Source of the DNA: a virus
Virus record (IMG/VR): IMGVR_UViG_3300035661_000025
Span: 1-64,000 of that record
Strand: one strand, 5' to 3'
DNA: 64,000 nt
The notes under the pieces are model-generated. The model did not search any database. It was not told the DNA's origin and saw nothing but the letters and a program-made list of their open reading frames with translations. Each line of letters begins with the position of its first letter. Positions within the stretch are counted from its first letter, which is position 1. Shown here in pieces: positions 49,396 to 59,737 of this stretch. Made by a program: the position numbers and the translations under genes.

Positions 49396-50042
49396 GCATC
49401 AGAAACCTTAATTGCAGGAACTTTAACACCTTTGTTATAGTAAGTTGTAATTAGGGTTTTTCCTTCTATCTTTTCAGTTCTCAAAATCTTATAATTAAAC
49501 TCTGCTTCTAATTCACCTGGCTTATTAAACTCTTTCATATCTTGTTTGGTTTTTTCAAAAAGTACCTGATCTGATGTTAAATGTCCTTTGACATATTTGT
49601 TAAACGCCATAGATAATTTCCAACGATGTGTTCCCATTTCATATATTTTTATACCCAAATCTTGTGACAATTTTCTAAGATCTTCATTACTTTTATATTT
49701 GAATATCACCATATAATCAGATGATAATGCTTCTGTCCAATAATCATTCATTACAAATTTAGAAATATTAGTAGCTGGATCTGTATCTCTTCTTAGAAGT
49801 AAATAAGCATCTTGAGATCGTTGCGGTACTATTGCGCTAACTAAATATCTCTCTTCAGCTTTTGGTTTAACATCAAAATCCACAAATTTAGGCATATCAG
49901 AGTCTGACACTTTTATATACCAATAATATGGAGGGCGAGTATCTACCCATTGAGAATATTCAATCCCATTATTTTGTAATGCGGATAACATTCTATTATA
50001 GTCAGAAACTTTATAATAAGGGTCTACCGTTATGTAAGCCAT
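49392..50042 (-). CDS. Late hypothetical protein
   Basis: Minus TATAAATA at 50084; AAGGA RBS. Confidence 0.6.
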   Translation of the reverse strand: MAYITVDPYYKVSDYNRMLSALQNNGIEYSQWVDTRPPYYWYIKVSDSDMPKFVDFDVKPKAEERYLVSAIVPQRSQDAYLLLRRDTDPATNISKFVMNDYWTEALSSDYMVIFKYKSNEDLRKLSQDLGIKIYEMGTHRWKLSMAFNKYVKGHLTSDQVLFEKTKQDMKEFNKPGELEAEFNYKILRTEKIEGKTLITTYYNKGVKVPAIKVSDA

Positions 50043-50105
50043 TTAAATCCTTCAATAGTTTTTAAGTTTTTTTATGTTATAATTATTTATAAAACAAGGG
50101 AAACT

Positions 50106-50603
50106 ATGGATAAATTTGTTGATTTAAATATACCAGAAGAGTTTAGTCTTGAAGAACGTCTAGAATTTATGTCTAAGATGTGTGAAGAATCTGGATTGGC
50201 TGCGGGGATTTATTATTCAGATATCCATCTTGGCGGAAGAAATGGAGACAAAGTAATCTATTTTAACATAGCTAGAGGTATTCACACTATAAAAGAATTA
50301 AATTTAGATGAAAACAATCGTGGTTTTTATGCTATAAGTTTCTATGAAGATATTAAAAAAGACCCTTTAGCATTGACATTTGTAGATCAAAATCAAGTTC
50401 ATCATATGGGTTTTAGGCTAATAGAAGGAAATTATATATTAGGATCTTTTATTGATAATTTAATTTTTATATATGAACGATTGAATGAAGAAATAAACAA
50501 AAATAGAAAAGTTTTTGTTTCTGAAACCGAAGTAGATCGCAATGCATTAAAGAAAATTTTAGCTGATAAAATTCACCCATTCAGACCTGAAGTTTTCTTA
50601 TAA
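50106..50603 (+). CDS. Hypothetical protein
   Basis: Promoter at 50075. Confidence 0.55.
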   Translation: MDKFVDLNIPEEFSLEERLEFMSKMCEESGLAAGIYYSDIHLGGRNGDKVIYFNIARGIHTIKELNLDENNRGFYAISFYEDIKKDPLALTFVDQNQVHHMGFRLIEGNYILGSFIDNLIFIYERLNEEINKNRKVFVSETEVDRNALKKILADKIHPFRPEVFL

Positions 50604-50625
50604 ATAATAAAAAAGGAGAGATACG

Positions 50626-51171
50626 TTGGCTAGTAATGACAGACAATTAGCTTTGGATTCTTTAAAAATGTTCAAAGAATTACTAAAAACTAACACCAAA
50701 CCTAGAGATAGAAATACATTTACCGTAGGAAACATGGTGGCGTATTCATATAATGCTAAAAACCAAGAAGCAATATTTGATAAATCTCCGTTGATATTTG
50801 TATTAAGATCTTCAAAATCATACGTTTTAGGCCTAAATTTTCACTGGTGCCCGCCTCCATCTAGAAAGATATTGATAAATTATGTGTTAAAATTAAATAA
50901 AGAAAATATAAAGAAAAATAAACCTTTAGTAATATCATATAAAATGTTAATGCCCGCAATTATTAGGCTGAGACTTAAGTATGTAATCCGTTTGTATATA
51001 AAGAACAGAATATCAAAACGCTGTTTGATTATACCTCATGAATATTTCTTAAAAGCTGTTCATTTGCCAGCAGAAAATTTCAATAATGGAATGTCATCCA
51101 CTCAATTGTATCAATGGGCTAAAGGTAAAGCCAAAAAACGAATGATTGACAGGAAACCTCGAAAAAAATAG
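50626..51171 (+). CDS. DNA end protector (gp2)
   Basis: G....YNAK, DKSPLI, GLNFH, LP..F; TATAAATA at 50599. Confidence 0.85.
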   Translation: MASNDRQLALDSLKMFKELLKTNTKPRDRNTFTVGNMVAYSYNAKNQEAIFDKSPLIFVLRSSKSYVLGLNFHWCPPPSRKILINYVLKLNKENIKKNKPLVISYKMLMPAIIRLRLKYVIRLYIKNRISKRCLIIPHEYFLKAVHLPAENFNNGMSSTQLYQWAKGKAKKRMIDRKPRKK

Positions 51172-51181
51172 AAAGGAAAGT

Positions 51182-53851
51182 ATGTATTCTCTAACAAAAT
51201 TCAACGCTAAGAAATCTACAGAGAAAGTTCCTAAATCACCATATGGAAATAAAGCGTACAAATTCACTACAGTCAAGTGCTTGACCTTAGAAGAATGTGT
51301 TTCTGTGCTTTCAGAAAATTGGATTTTATCTAATGCTTTAACTGTTGAAAGCATCATAGCTGAAAAAAACAAATCTGAATTAGCTCAATATCGTGACAAA
51401 TCTAACAATATCATGGTATTAGATTTGGATGAGATTACATGTTCAGATGATTATTATAAAATACGAGATTTTTTCAAAGATTCTGATTATACCTGTGTCT
51501 TAGCAAAGTCTAAATCTTTTAATGGATTAGACAATTTCAACATAAAAGGATTCTTAGTAATAAACACTGAGAACACTAATACAACGCTAAGAAAACATGT
51601 CCAATTCCTTCAAGCACATCTTCAAGATTTATGTAAAGTAGATTTGACAGTAAAAAATGATGTGTCTTTTCATGCACCAACATATCAAACTGAGATATTA
51701 TATGTAAATGAATTTGGATCTAATTTTATTGATATAGAAAAGGTCAAACACCGAGAAGTAAAAATCCAAAAACCCTCATTATCCATGGCACATAACTGCA
51801 TTTATAAATGCATCAATATTTACCAATCTATGGGTTATCATATGGTAGATGGTTCTATAAAAGAAAATGGTAGTATTAATTTTGAACATAACTCTGAGCA
51901 GAAATCTAAGGGCGGGTTTTTTATGTTTATTGAAAAACCATTTATAATGCATCATAACAATGAATCTAGAACAGTAAGCATATGGAATGCATTTAAACAA
52001 TCCGAAGAGGGTAAAGAATATTTAAAGAAGTTATTTAAAAAACAACAAGAAGACAATATTTCTGATTTAAACTCTTATAGTAATTTATTGTTGCTTAATG
52101 ATAGATACATAGATATTGAGAAATGTTCTGAATTCATCGATGAATTCATGGAAACAAATAATTCTGTATTGAAAATAAAATCAGCTATGGGGACTGGAAA
52201 GAGCTCAATTATTGATTACATAATAAAAAATACAGATGAACGGGTACTCATAATTTCAAATAGAATATCCGTAGCCATGGATTATAGTAACAAATATAAC
52301 ATCAAAACCTATTTAGATAAAGGTGATGATTCATGGACTCCAGGAGAGCATTTGATTGTTCAATTTGATTCTTTATATAAGTATCAAATTAAATATTTTG
52401 ATATTGTAATCTTAGATGAATTTATGTCTTTATTGTTTCAATCTAGATCTGAATTATCTAATGACAAAAATTATAATTTAAGTAAATTTTATAGTATATT
52501 AAATGGTTCCAAAAAAATAGTAATAGCAGATGCATTTTTAAATGGTTTTGAAAATTCATTATTAACTAAAAAATTTATGTATTATATAAGAAATGATTAT
52601 AAGGATGTAATAAAACATTACAATTATAAACACCGGGAAATGTTTTTTAGTTCTTTGCTACATGTTCTTAAAAACAAACAAAAAAATGAATCCGTTACTG
52701 TATCAGTTATGTCCAAAAACGCTTTGCATGCTATGGAAATGGAGCTTTCCAAATTAGGGTTTAATGTTCAGACGCTAACTGCAGAAACTCCAGAATTGAG
52801 AAAGAGAAAAATATATGAGATATTTCAAGAAGAAGAAGCTAAATGGGATGTTTTATTATTTTCTCCTACATTAACTGTAGGCGTGTCTAATCTAAATAAT
52901 GTAACACATCATTTTCATTTTGATACTGGATTATCCGCAGATGTTATTAGTTCATTACAAATGGTGAAAAGATCTAGAAAAGCTACAGTTCTTCATACAT
53001 TTTTAAAAGAGTCTCAACGATATAATCCTACAAATTCTGAAGATCTTGATACATTATCTAATTATGATATTGTCAATTACTTTAATGGGAGACAAAGCAC
53101 TTTATTGATAGAAATTGATGAAGAGGGAGATTTCAAATTATCTTGGCTAGGAAAATTTGCTAATCAAATAGAAGCTTATTACAATATTTTAGAAAACAAT
53201 CATTCTAATGCTTTTAAAATATTAATGGGGGAACAATTCAGCTACACAACTGAAGAAATTTCTGTTAATGATAATTCATTAAGCTTTTATAATATGATTA
53301 AAGAGCATAAAGATGCCCTAAAAGACAGCATAATTACTATGCTTAAAAATAACAAAGAATGTAATTACTCAGATGAATATCTAATGGAATTAAGATCCAA
53401 AACAATTGATTTAACAGATGAAGAGCGTACTGCACTGATATTGGGTGACATTAAAGAAAAATTTCCTAAGCTTAAAAGAAATGATGTATTAAAAATTGCA
53501 GAAATAAATGCTAGAGAATCTGGAAAATTCATAAAAGAATTGCAGTTATTAAAAGAATCATCTTTGGATGTAGAAGTAATTCAAAAGAAGCTATCTTTGA
53601 TTATCGCATCTTCTGTAAATTCTATTCAAAATAAAGATAAAATATCCTTTTATTCATATTTGATTCAATTAAAACTTTCAACCATAAAAACATGGTATTC
53701 TGAAAATGAAATCTTACAAATAGATTCAGATATAAATCAAGGTAGAAAATTTAAAAGTTTCTTAAAGAAAATAGGTTACAAACCCAAAAATGGAAGAATG
53801 GTCTTAAGCGAAGAACACATAAAATATTACAAATATTTTAATCAACATTGA
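51182..53851 (+). CDS. Primase-like N-terminus fused to origin-binding (UL9-like) SF2 helicase
   Basis: LDLDE; SAMGTGKS, SNRISV, DSLYK, ILDE, SPTLTVGVS, QMVKRSR. Confidence 0.7.
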   Translation: MYSLTKFNAKKSTEKVPKSPYGNKAYKFTTVKCLTLEECVSVLSENWILSNALTVESIIAEKNKSELAQYRDKSNNIMVLDLDEITCSDDYYKIRDFFKDSDYTCVLAKSKSFNGLDNFNIKGFLVINTENTNTTLRKHVQFLQAHLQDLCKVDLTVKNDVSFHAPTYQTEILYVNEFGSNFIDIEKVKHREVKIQKPSLSMAHNCIYKCINIYQSMGYHMVDGSIKENGSINFEHNSEQKSKGGFFMFIEKPFIMHHNNESRTVSIWNAFKQSEEGKEYLKKLFKKQQEDNISDLNSYSNLLLLNDRYIDIEKCSEFIDEFMETNNSVLKIKSAMGTGKSSIIDYIIKNTDERVLIISNRISVAMDYSNKYNIKTYLDKGDDSWTPGEHLIVQFDSLYKYQIKYFDIVILDEFMSLLFQSRSELSNDKNYNLSKFYSILNGSKKIVIADAFLNGFENSLLTKKFMYYIRNDYKDVIKHYNYKHREMFFSSLLHVLKNKQKNESVTVSVMSKNALHAMEMELSKLGFNVQTLTAETPELRKRKIYEIFQEEEAKWDVLLFSPTLTVGVSNLNNVTHHFHFDTGLSADVISSLQMVKRSRKATVLHTFLKESQRYNPTNSEDLDTLSNYDIVNYFNGRQSTLLIEIDEEGDFKLSWLGKFANQIEAYYNILENNHSNAFKILMGEQFSYTTEEISVNDNSLSFYNMIKEHKDALKDSIITMLKNNKECNYSDEYLMELRSKTIDLTDEERTALILGDIKEKFPKLKRNDVLKIAEINARESGKFIKELQLLKESSLDVEVIQKKLSLIIASSVNSIQNKDKISFYSYLIQLKLSTIKTWYSENEILQIDSDINQGRKFKSFLKKIGYKPKNGRMVLSEEHIKYYKYFNQH

Positions 53852-54329
53852 GTTCATTTTTAAGTTCTAATAATTGCTTAGTCCATTTTCCAGAGCTGGG
53901 ATATTTTAATGGTTTTCGTTTAGGATATTTTTCCGAATAAATTTTAGCTAATTTTTTGAATTCATTTTTACCTAATTTAGGTTCTTTAGGAACCTCAGTT
54001 GGGTGTATATATTCGGTTGGTTCTCTTTCTAAATAGTCTGCTAAATTTCTCAAAAGATCTGGCAAAGTTATATCTATTTTATGTAAACCTAATCGTCTCC
54101 ATGCATTGAAAACCTTTCCTTCAAAAGAGTTAACAGATCTATGCAAAACTCCTCTACAAAATCCTGCTCCATCTTCACCTAAAGGTTGATCTTTAAATAG
54201 TTTATGTTTATGATCTAGAACTGCTATCTCACCAAAAATGGGAATTTTTGATATAGGACAGATTCCACCTTGTTGCTCTAATAACATCTCTTTAATTTGT
54301 CGTATTTCGTTAGTTTTTAAATATATCAT
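53838..54329 (-). CDS. Endonuclease VII / Holliday junction resolvase (gp49)
   Basis: QGGICPI, LDHKH, CRGVL, NSFEGK, HP. Confidence 0.88.
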   Translation of the reverse strand: MIYLKTNEIRQIKEMLLEQQGGICPISKIPIFGEIAVLDHKHKLFKDQPLGEDGAGFCRGVLHRSVNSFEGKVFNAWRRLGLHKIDITLPDLLRNLADYLEREPTEYIHPTEVPKEPKLGKNEFKKLAKIYSEKYPKRKPLKYPSSGKWTKQLLELKNELNVD

Positions 54330-54389
54330 ATTTTTTCTTAATGTTGATTTAAACATATTTATGTTATAATATAAAAATAAGGAGATTCA

Positions 54390-54617
54390 ATGAATAGTAC
54401 AGAAGACATAGTAAAAACTTATCTCCAATGTCATTCAGTACAAGAGATGAGCCTACAATTGAAATACTTTATTTTATTAAGAAACTTGAATGAATTAGAT
54501 TTCACTTCTCGACATGCTTTGAATTTTATTCATCGAGAATATTTTGAGATGAATACGTATACTTATCAAGATTTTATTGATACAATTTTATTAGCAAAGG
54601 AATTACATGGTGTTTGA
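54390..54617 (+). CDS. Hypothetical protein
   Basis: Promoter at 54362; AAGGAG. Confidence 0.55.
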   Translation: MNSTEDIVKTYLQCHSVQEMSLQLKYFILLRNLNELDFTSRHALNFIHREYFEMNTYTYQDFIDTILLAKELHGV

Positions 54618-55095
54618 TAGAGAGATTGTCCAAAATGATTTATTTGAAGGAATCATGGGACAACATGAATTCAAAGAATATCATAAATTGTTATCTACTG
54701 AAGATAGAAAAAAATTAGTTCTTATATCTATAACCGAGCCCGAAGCTAGCGCTCCATATATGAGCGTAGATGACCCAACATCTACAATAGGATTCCATGA
54801 TGTTTTAGAAATAAAATTTTGGGATGTAGAATATAAGATAGGAAAATATGAACCATTGACTTGGGAACAAGGAAAAATTATCAGAGATTTTATTGTAAAA
54901 AATAAAGACAAAAAATTTCTCATACATTGCAGAGCTGGAGTTAGCAGATCTGCAGGAGTAGGTTGTGCAGTTGAATGTTTAGTTAATCATGATGGTGATG
55001 TATATAATTATTATCTATCAAAAAGTGATATAAAAAACATGCCTAGATATGACCCAAATCTTACAGTGTTTGATCGAATAATTAAAGCTCAATAA
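54607..55095 (+). CDS. Cys-based (tyrosine/dual-specificity-like) phosphatase
   Basis: IHCRAGVSRS. Confidence 0.85.
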   Translation: MVFDREIVQNDLFEGIMGQHEFKEYHKLLSTEDRKKLVLISITEPEASAPYMSVDDPTSTIGFHDVLEIKFWDVEYKIGKYEPLTWEQGKIIRDFIVKNKDKKFLIHCRAGVSRSAGVGCAVECLVNHDGDVYNYYLSKSDIKNMPRYDPNLTVFDRIIKAQ

Positions 55096-55128
55096 ATACT
55101 ACTGTATTTTTTTATACAGGAGAATGAT

Positions 55129-55350
55129 ATGATTTTAGGCATAATTCTAACACCCCACGTTTATGATGGAGTACGAAAAATAAAAGTTGAAACCGTTGGA
55201 TTATTTACTTGGTTTAAAGGACCTTATGAAATTCCTGCAACTAACGAACTTTTTAGTGAATTTGATATTGATGAATTGTATTCCAGAGGAATACCTATGT
55301 CTTTTCATATCGACAAAGAAAAGTTATTAGCATATCAGGATCCACAATAA
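55129..55350 (+). CDS. Late hypothetical protein
   Basis: AATAAATA at 55091; AGGAG RBS. Confidence 0.5.
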   Translation: MILGIILTPHVYDGVRKIKVETVGLFTWFKGPYEIPATNELFSEFDIDELYSRGIPMSFHIDKEKLLAYQDPQ

Positions 55351-55637
55351 CTTAACAATTTTACTATTTTTTCATAACAACAAAGGAGTTATGAACAAAC
55401 AATCAGCTAATCTTTCTGAGAAAAATATTGATTATAATCTCAGAAAATTGGTAAATAAAATTAATTTTCCTTTAAGATTATCATGATATAATTATTGTAT
55501 AGAAAGAAGAATTAAAAATACAATTTATGCTTTTCTCTATGAGTTAAACATACATTGGTTTTTGATGTGAATTGTTTAAGATTATAGTTTAGTAAATGGG
55601 ATTAGAGATTTTCAATTTGAGAATGAAGGATAACTAA

Positions 55638-56411
55638 ATGAAAATTAAAGCTATTGTAAATGTAAATGATCCACGTCAAGATTCATATATCAGATTTCTT
55701 TCCAAATCATTTCCCGAGATGATGAATGAAGAAAATCCAGAAATGTACTTTGTAGTGGGCGGTGATGGCAGCATGCTTCATGCCCACAAGAATTATAATG
55801 AAGCTATCCCGTTTTTTGGAAAAGGATTAGGCACTCTTAATTTCATCATGAACAATTTTGGCAATGATTTTCGTGTTATTGAAGGATTGCTTAATGATAC
55901 ATTAAAACCAACCATTATAAAAACTCCTAAAATTAAAATAATTACAAAATTTCAATCTGGTATGATTGGAGAATATGAAGCAATTAATGATGTTATTATA
56001 GGCTCAGACATTTCTGATTGGAATTCTTTTGAAATCTCTTCTAAGAATGGATCTTTTGAAGAATTTAAATTTAATGGAACTGGTATTTGTGTAAGCACTC
56101 CTTTGGGTTCCTCGGCGTTTAATATGAACAATGGTGGTAAATTATTGCCTATTGACTCTAATCTTTGGAGCATTACATCTGTGGTTTCTAATCATCGAAT
56201 AAATGAATTGATGAAACCACAGAAAGTCAAAATAAAAATTGAATCATTAAGATCAAATCCTACTTTATATGTAGATGGGGTTCCTATTACCGGTTTAGAA
56301 AAAGGTGACAAGGTTTATCTTAAAAAATGTCCGGAATCTTTTCAAATTGCATTTTTGGACCCAAAAGAATTTTTTGCTAAGCGTATGAAATTGCAGCAGG
56401 AGCGAAGATGA
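55638..56411 (+). CDS. NAD kinase
   Basis: GGDGS, GTLNF, AIND, STPLGSSAFN, VDG. Confidence 0.88.
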   Translation: MKIKAIVNVNDPRQDSYIRFLSKSFPEMMNEENPEMYFVVGGDGSMLHAHKNYNEAIPFFGKGLGTLNFIMNNFGNDFRVIEGLLNDTLKPTIIKTPKIKIITKFQSGMIGEYEAINDVIIGSDISDWNSFEISSKNGSFEEFKFNGTGICVSTPLGSSAFNMNNGGKLLPIDSNLWSITSVVSNHRINELMKPQKVKIKIESLRSNPTLYVDGVPITGLEKGDKVYLKKCPESFQIAFLDPKEFFAKRMKLQQERR

Positions 56412-56508
56412 TTAATATTACAGTTGTCATTGTCATAAGCTTATGGATTATGTCAGATGCTATGATTAAGATTGCCAAAATTAAATATAAAGCTAAAAAG
56501 GAAGAAAA

Positions 56509-56760
56509 ATGATAGATTATGAACAATTCAAACAGATAGTAAATCATTGTGGAGGTTCTAGACCATTCAATTCAGCAAAAAATGCAGATAATTTCTTTGT
56601 TTATTTAGATCATAACATTGGATTATATAATTTTGCTACAGTTAATGACCGATGTCAAGCACCGGAAAGATTGTATATGGATGCTCAAGTAGCTTTAGAT
56701 GTTAGAAATTTATTGAATGATTTGATTTTGAAACAAAAAGTTCCAAATGTGACATGTTAG
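56509..56760 (+). CDS. Hypothetical protein, possibly truncated by premature TAG
   Basis: Cys-rich in-frame continuation after the stop. Confidence 0.5.
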   Translation: MIDYEQFKQIVNHCGGSRPFNSAKNADNFFVYLDHNIGLYNFATVNDRCQAPERLYMDAQVALDVRNLLNDLILKQKVPNVTC

Positions 56761-56839
56761 AAGAAAGATTTATGTAAACATTACTTTGATAAAACATGTT
56801 TACATTGTGAGAATTTAAATTTATTTGAGGAAAAACCTA

Positions 56840-57139
56840 ATGAGATTTGTAATTGAATTTTTAGCTGTATTATTATTTTTTGTTATTATCGTAGTCATAG
56901 CTATTATTGAGCCTGATTTTATCGATAAGCGTTACATTAAATATACCGACAACAATAAAGAATATTTGACTCAAGAAGGTCAATGTGTAGGTACTTATTA
57001 TTTTGTAGGAGATACACAAGTATTTAATTTAGAAAAAAATCCTATCGAATGTGAATATACCGTGGTCAAAGGTAAAAAATTCAAAGATTTCAATACTTCT
57101 TATTATGTTGAAATGGTCAAAAAGAAATTTAATGAATAA
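56840..57139 (+). CDS. Membrane-anchored hypothetical protein
   Basis: N-terminal TM. Confidence 0.5.
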   Translation: MRFVIEFLAVLLFFVIIVVIAIIEPDFIDKRYIKYTDNNKEYLTQEGQCVGTYYFVGDTQVFNLEKNPIECEYTVVKGKKFKDFNTSYYVEMVKKKFNE

Positions 57140-57299
57140 AATATTTGTTTATGTTATTATAGGAATGTTGATATTATTTTCATTTCCTTATATTATAAGT
57201 TTCTTGTTTATGATTCTAGCATTGTTAATTAAATTGTCTTGGAATATTTTGTGGGTTTTTGTCATAGCTGGAGTTACAATTCTTTACATTAAGAAATAA
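57132..57299 (+). CDS. Small 2-TM protein
   Basis: Hydrophobic throughout. Confidence 0.45.
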   Translation: MNKIFVYVIIGMLILFSFPYIISFLFMILALLIKLSWNILWVFVIAGVTILYIKK

Positions 57300-57348
57300 C
57301 TTTATTTTAGGCTAAGTTTATTATGTTATAATTATAAAAAGGAAAATT

Positions 57349-57705
57349 ATGATTATTGACAAATTCAATTTAGAAATGGTTTTTTGTAAAAAGAACAACT
57401 CAGTAATCAAAGCTGTTCCAATGAGTTACAAAATATCTTCCGCATTGCAAGATAAAGAAATAGTCACATGTTATGACGTTATTTTGAAATTAGAAGATGG
57501 TGATTCTATAATTAGATCTTTTTTTGAAATTGATGGAATGCTAAAATCAAATGCTAAAGATATTTTTGTAAATGTTTTAGACTTAAAGGCAGATTTTTTA
57601 AAGCCGTTAGGTTTTGATACTTTACTAATGATTAGACAGAGAGAAGCTAAGTATAACCAATTTGTAAAAAAATATGGTAAAGAATTTCCAGAATTATATT
57701 TATAA
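57349..57705 (+). CDS. Hypothetical protein
   Basis: Promoter at 57324. Confidence 0.55.
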   Translation: MIIDKFNLEMVFCKKNNSVIKAVPMSYKISSALQDKEIVTCYDVILKLEDGDSIIRSFFEIDGMLKSNAKDIFVNVLDLKADFLKPLGFDTLLMIRQREAKYNQFVKKYGKEFPELYL

Positions 57706-57714
57706 AGGATTGAT

Positions 57715-58968
57715 GTGAAAACTGCAGGAAATAGATTTTATTTTGAAGAAATTGTAGCAAATATGATAGATCCTACAAATAATCTACAATTTTATGCACA
57801 TTTATTGGCTCAATGTAAAATTTCGATGGATAAATCTTTTAGAGCCCCTGCAGGTGTTTATTTTGATACTTATACATATGGTTTGGTTATAAATCCAATT
57901 CTGTTCAATAAATTTACAAAAAAAGAAAAAGTAGCTATTTTAATTCATGAAGCGTTTCATATAGCATACAATCATGTAACAGTTAGAAAAAAAGATGACC
58001 ATGAAAGATGGAATTATGCTACAGATATAGCTATAAATCAGCTAATCAAAGATCTTCCAAAAACAGCTCTTCATTATAGTCAATTTGATTTACCTGCAGG
58101 ATTTTCGGCAGAGCAATATTATATTGCATTACTTGATAATGAGAAATATAATCAGAAAAAAGAGCAAGATGAAAAGCTAAAAAAACAGATGGAAGAATTG
58201 TTTGAAGAAGCAATTAAGAAAGGATCTTTAGATGTAGATTCTGATGAATGTTTTGGAGATGGTTCTGAAATTGATATACCTTTTGATATACCGATTGATG
58301 CTCATGATAAAGAATCAGAAGGGGATGAAGAATATAGAAAAGAAGTTACCAAAAATATGTTAGAAAAAGCCTCTGAAAAATCTAGAGGAAATGAACCAAG
58401 CGATTACGCTGACATGATTTCTTTATATACAAAAAAAGCTGTGGTTGATTGGCGCAAAGAATTGAGACGGATCGTTGGAAACAAAAAAGCAAATAAACGT
58501 AGAACAATCATGCGTCCAGATCGAAGATTCCCTAATAGAGAAGAAATTAAAGGAATAACTAAAGATCGTATATTTGACTTAATTGTAGTCATGGATGTTT
58601 CTGGCTCTATGCAAGACAAAATGTTGGCTGATGGTTTGAATGAAATTAAAGAAATTTGTAAATTGACTAATTCAAATCTAAAAGTTATTCAAGTCGATAC
58701 AGATATTCATGAAGTAACTGAGGTAACAAAAACAACCACTAAATTTAATAGATCAGCTCATGGCGGAACTAGAATTTACCCAGCAATTGAATATATTAGA
58801 GATAATAAAATAGACCACAACGCTATAGTAATAATTAGTGATATGTGGATAGAATCATCAACAGAGTGGAAAATTCCTCCAAAAGTACCTTGTTTTTTCT
58901 TAAACACTTCAGGTAAAGATTGGGATGGATTTTCTAAATTTAAAAATTTTAAAAATTACCGTATATAA
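57715..58968 (+). CDS. HExxH metallopeptidase-like + VWA protein (DUF2201 type)
   Basis: HEAFH, WNYATDIAIN, DVSGS MIDAS, GGT, ISD. Confidence 0.88.
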   Translation: MKTAGNRFYFEEIVANMIDPTNNLQFYAHLLAQCKISMDKSFRAPAGVYFDTYTYGLVINPILFNKFTKKEKVAILIHEAFHIAYNHVTVRKKDDHERWNYATDIAINQLIKDLPKTALHYSQFDLPAGFSAEQYYIALLDNEKYNQKKEQDEKLKKQMEELFEEAIKKGSLDVDSDECFGDGSEIDIPFDIPIDAHDKESEGDEEYRKEVTKNMLEKASEKSRGNEPSDYADMISLYTKKAVVDWRKELRRIVGNKKANKRRTIMRPDRRFPNREEIKGITKDRIFDLIVVMDVSGSMQDKMLADGLNEIKEICKLTNSNLKVIQVDTDIHEVTEVTKTTTKFNRSAHGGTRIYPAIEYIRDNKIDHNAIVIISDMWIESSTEWKIPPKVPCFFLNTSGKDWDGFSKFKNFKNYRI

Positions 58969-58979
58969 AGAAGAAAAAA

Positions 58980-59711
58980 ATGAACATTAAATTGCGAGAC
59001 AATTTACATGAACTTAAACAAAAATTGCTACAGAACGTGTTATGTATTTCTGATACTCATTTCGGGCATGTAAAAGTCTTTGAGAAATTTGAACCAATTA
59101 GAAAAACTTATACATTATCTAAAGGTAAGCAAACATTAAAAGATTTTGAAGATCTTATGGTAGAAAACTGGAATGAAACTGTTTTTGATTCTGATACTTT
59201 AATTCATTTAGGTGATGTATGTATTGATAAAATGAACCCGACAAAAACTGAAGAAAACCTAGCAATATCTTTAAAGTTGGAAGGGGAATCATTAATCTTA
59301 ATTAAAGGCAATCATGATAAATCTGATAATTCTCTTTATTATCAAAACGGATGGAATTTCGTAATTGATTGTCCAGTAATTTTATTAGATAATCCTAAAA
59401 TCATAGACAATGCTCCAGGACTAGCTCATTGTATTATAATTGATATAAACGGCAAAAGGGTAATGTTTTCCCATTTTGGAATCCACCAATATAATGAAAA
59501 CTTTGAGGGAAAATATAGAGAACCATTTAGATATTTGACCAAATTATACAATGATTATAAATGTGATTATAATATCCATGGACATAGTCATTCAAATGCT
59601 ATTAACTCAGAAAAATCATTTAACTGTAGTGTTGAAGTAATAAACTTCACACCTAAAAAATTGACAGATATTTTCGCTGTTTTAACTAAATTTAAGAATA
59701 AACTGTTATAA
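58980..59711 (+). CDS. Calcineurin-like metallophosphoesterase
   Basis: SDTHFGH, LGD, GNHD, HGHSH. Confidence 0.88.
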   Translation: MNIKLRDNLHELKQKLLQNVLCISDTHFGHVKVFEKFEPIRKTYTLSKGKQTLKDFEDLMVENWNETVFDSDTLIHLGDVCIDKMNPTKTEENLAISLKLEGESLILIKGNHDKSDNSLYYQNGWNFVIDCPVILLDNPKIIDNAPGLAHCIIIDINGKRVMFSHFGIHQYNENFEGKYREPFRYLTKLYNDYKCDYNIHGHSHSNAINSEKSFNCSVEVINFTPKKLTDIFAVLTKFKNKLL

Positions 59712-59737
59712 TAATATACAAAATAAAAGGAAAGAAT

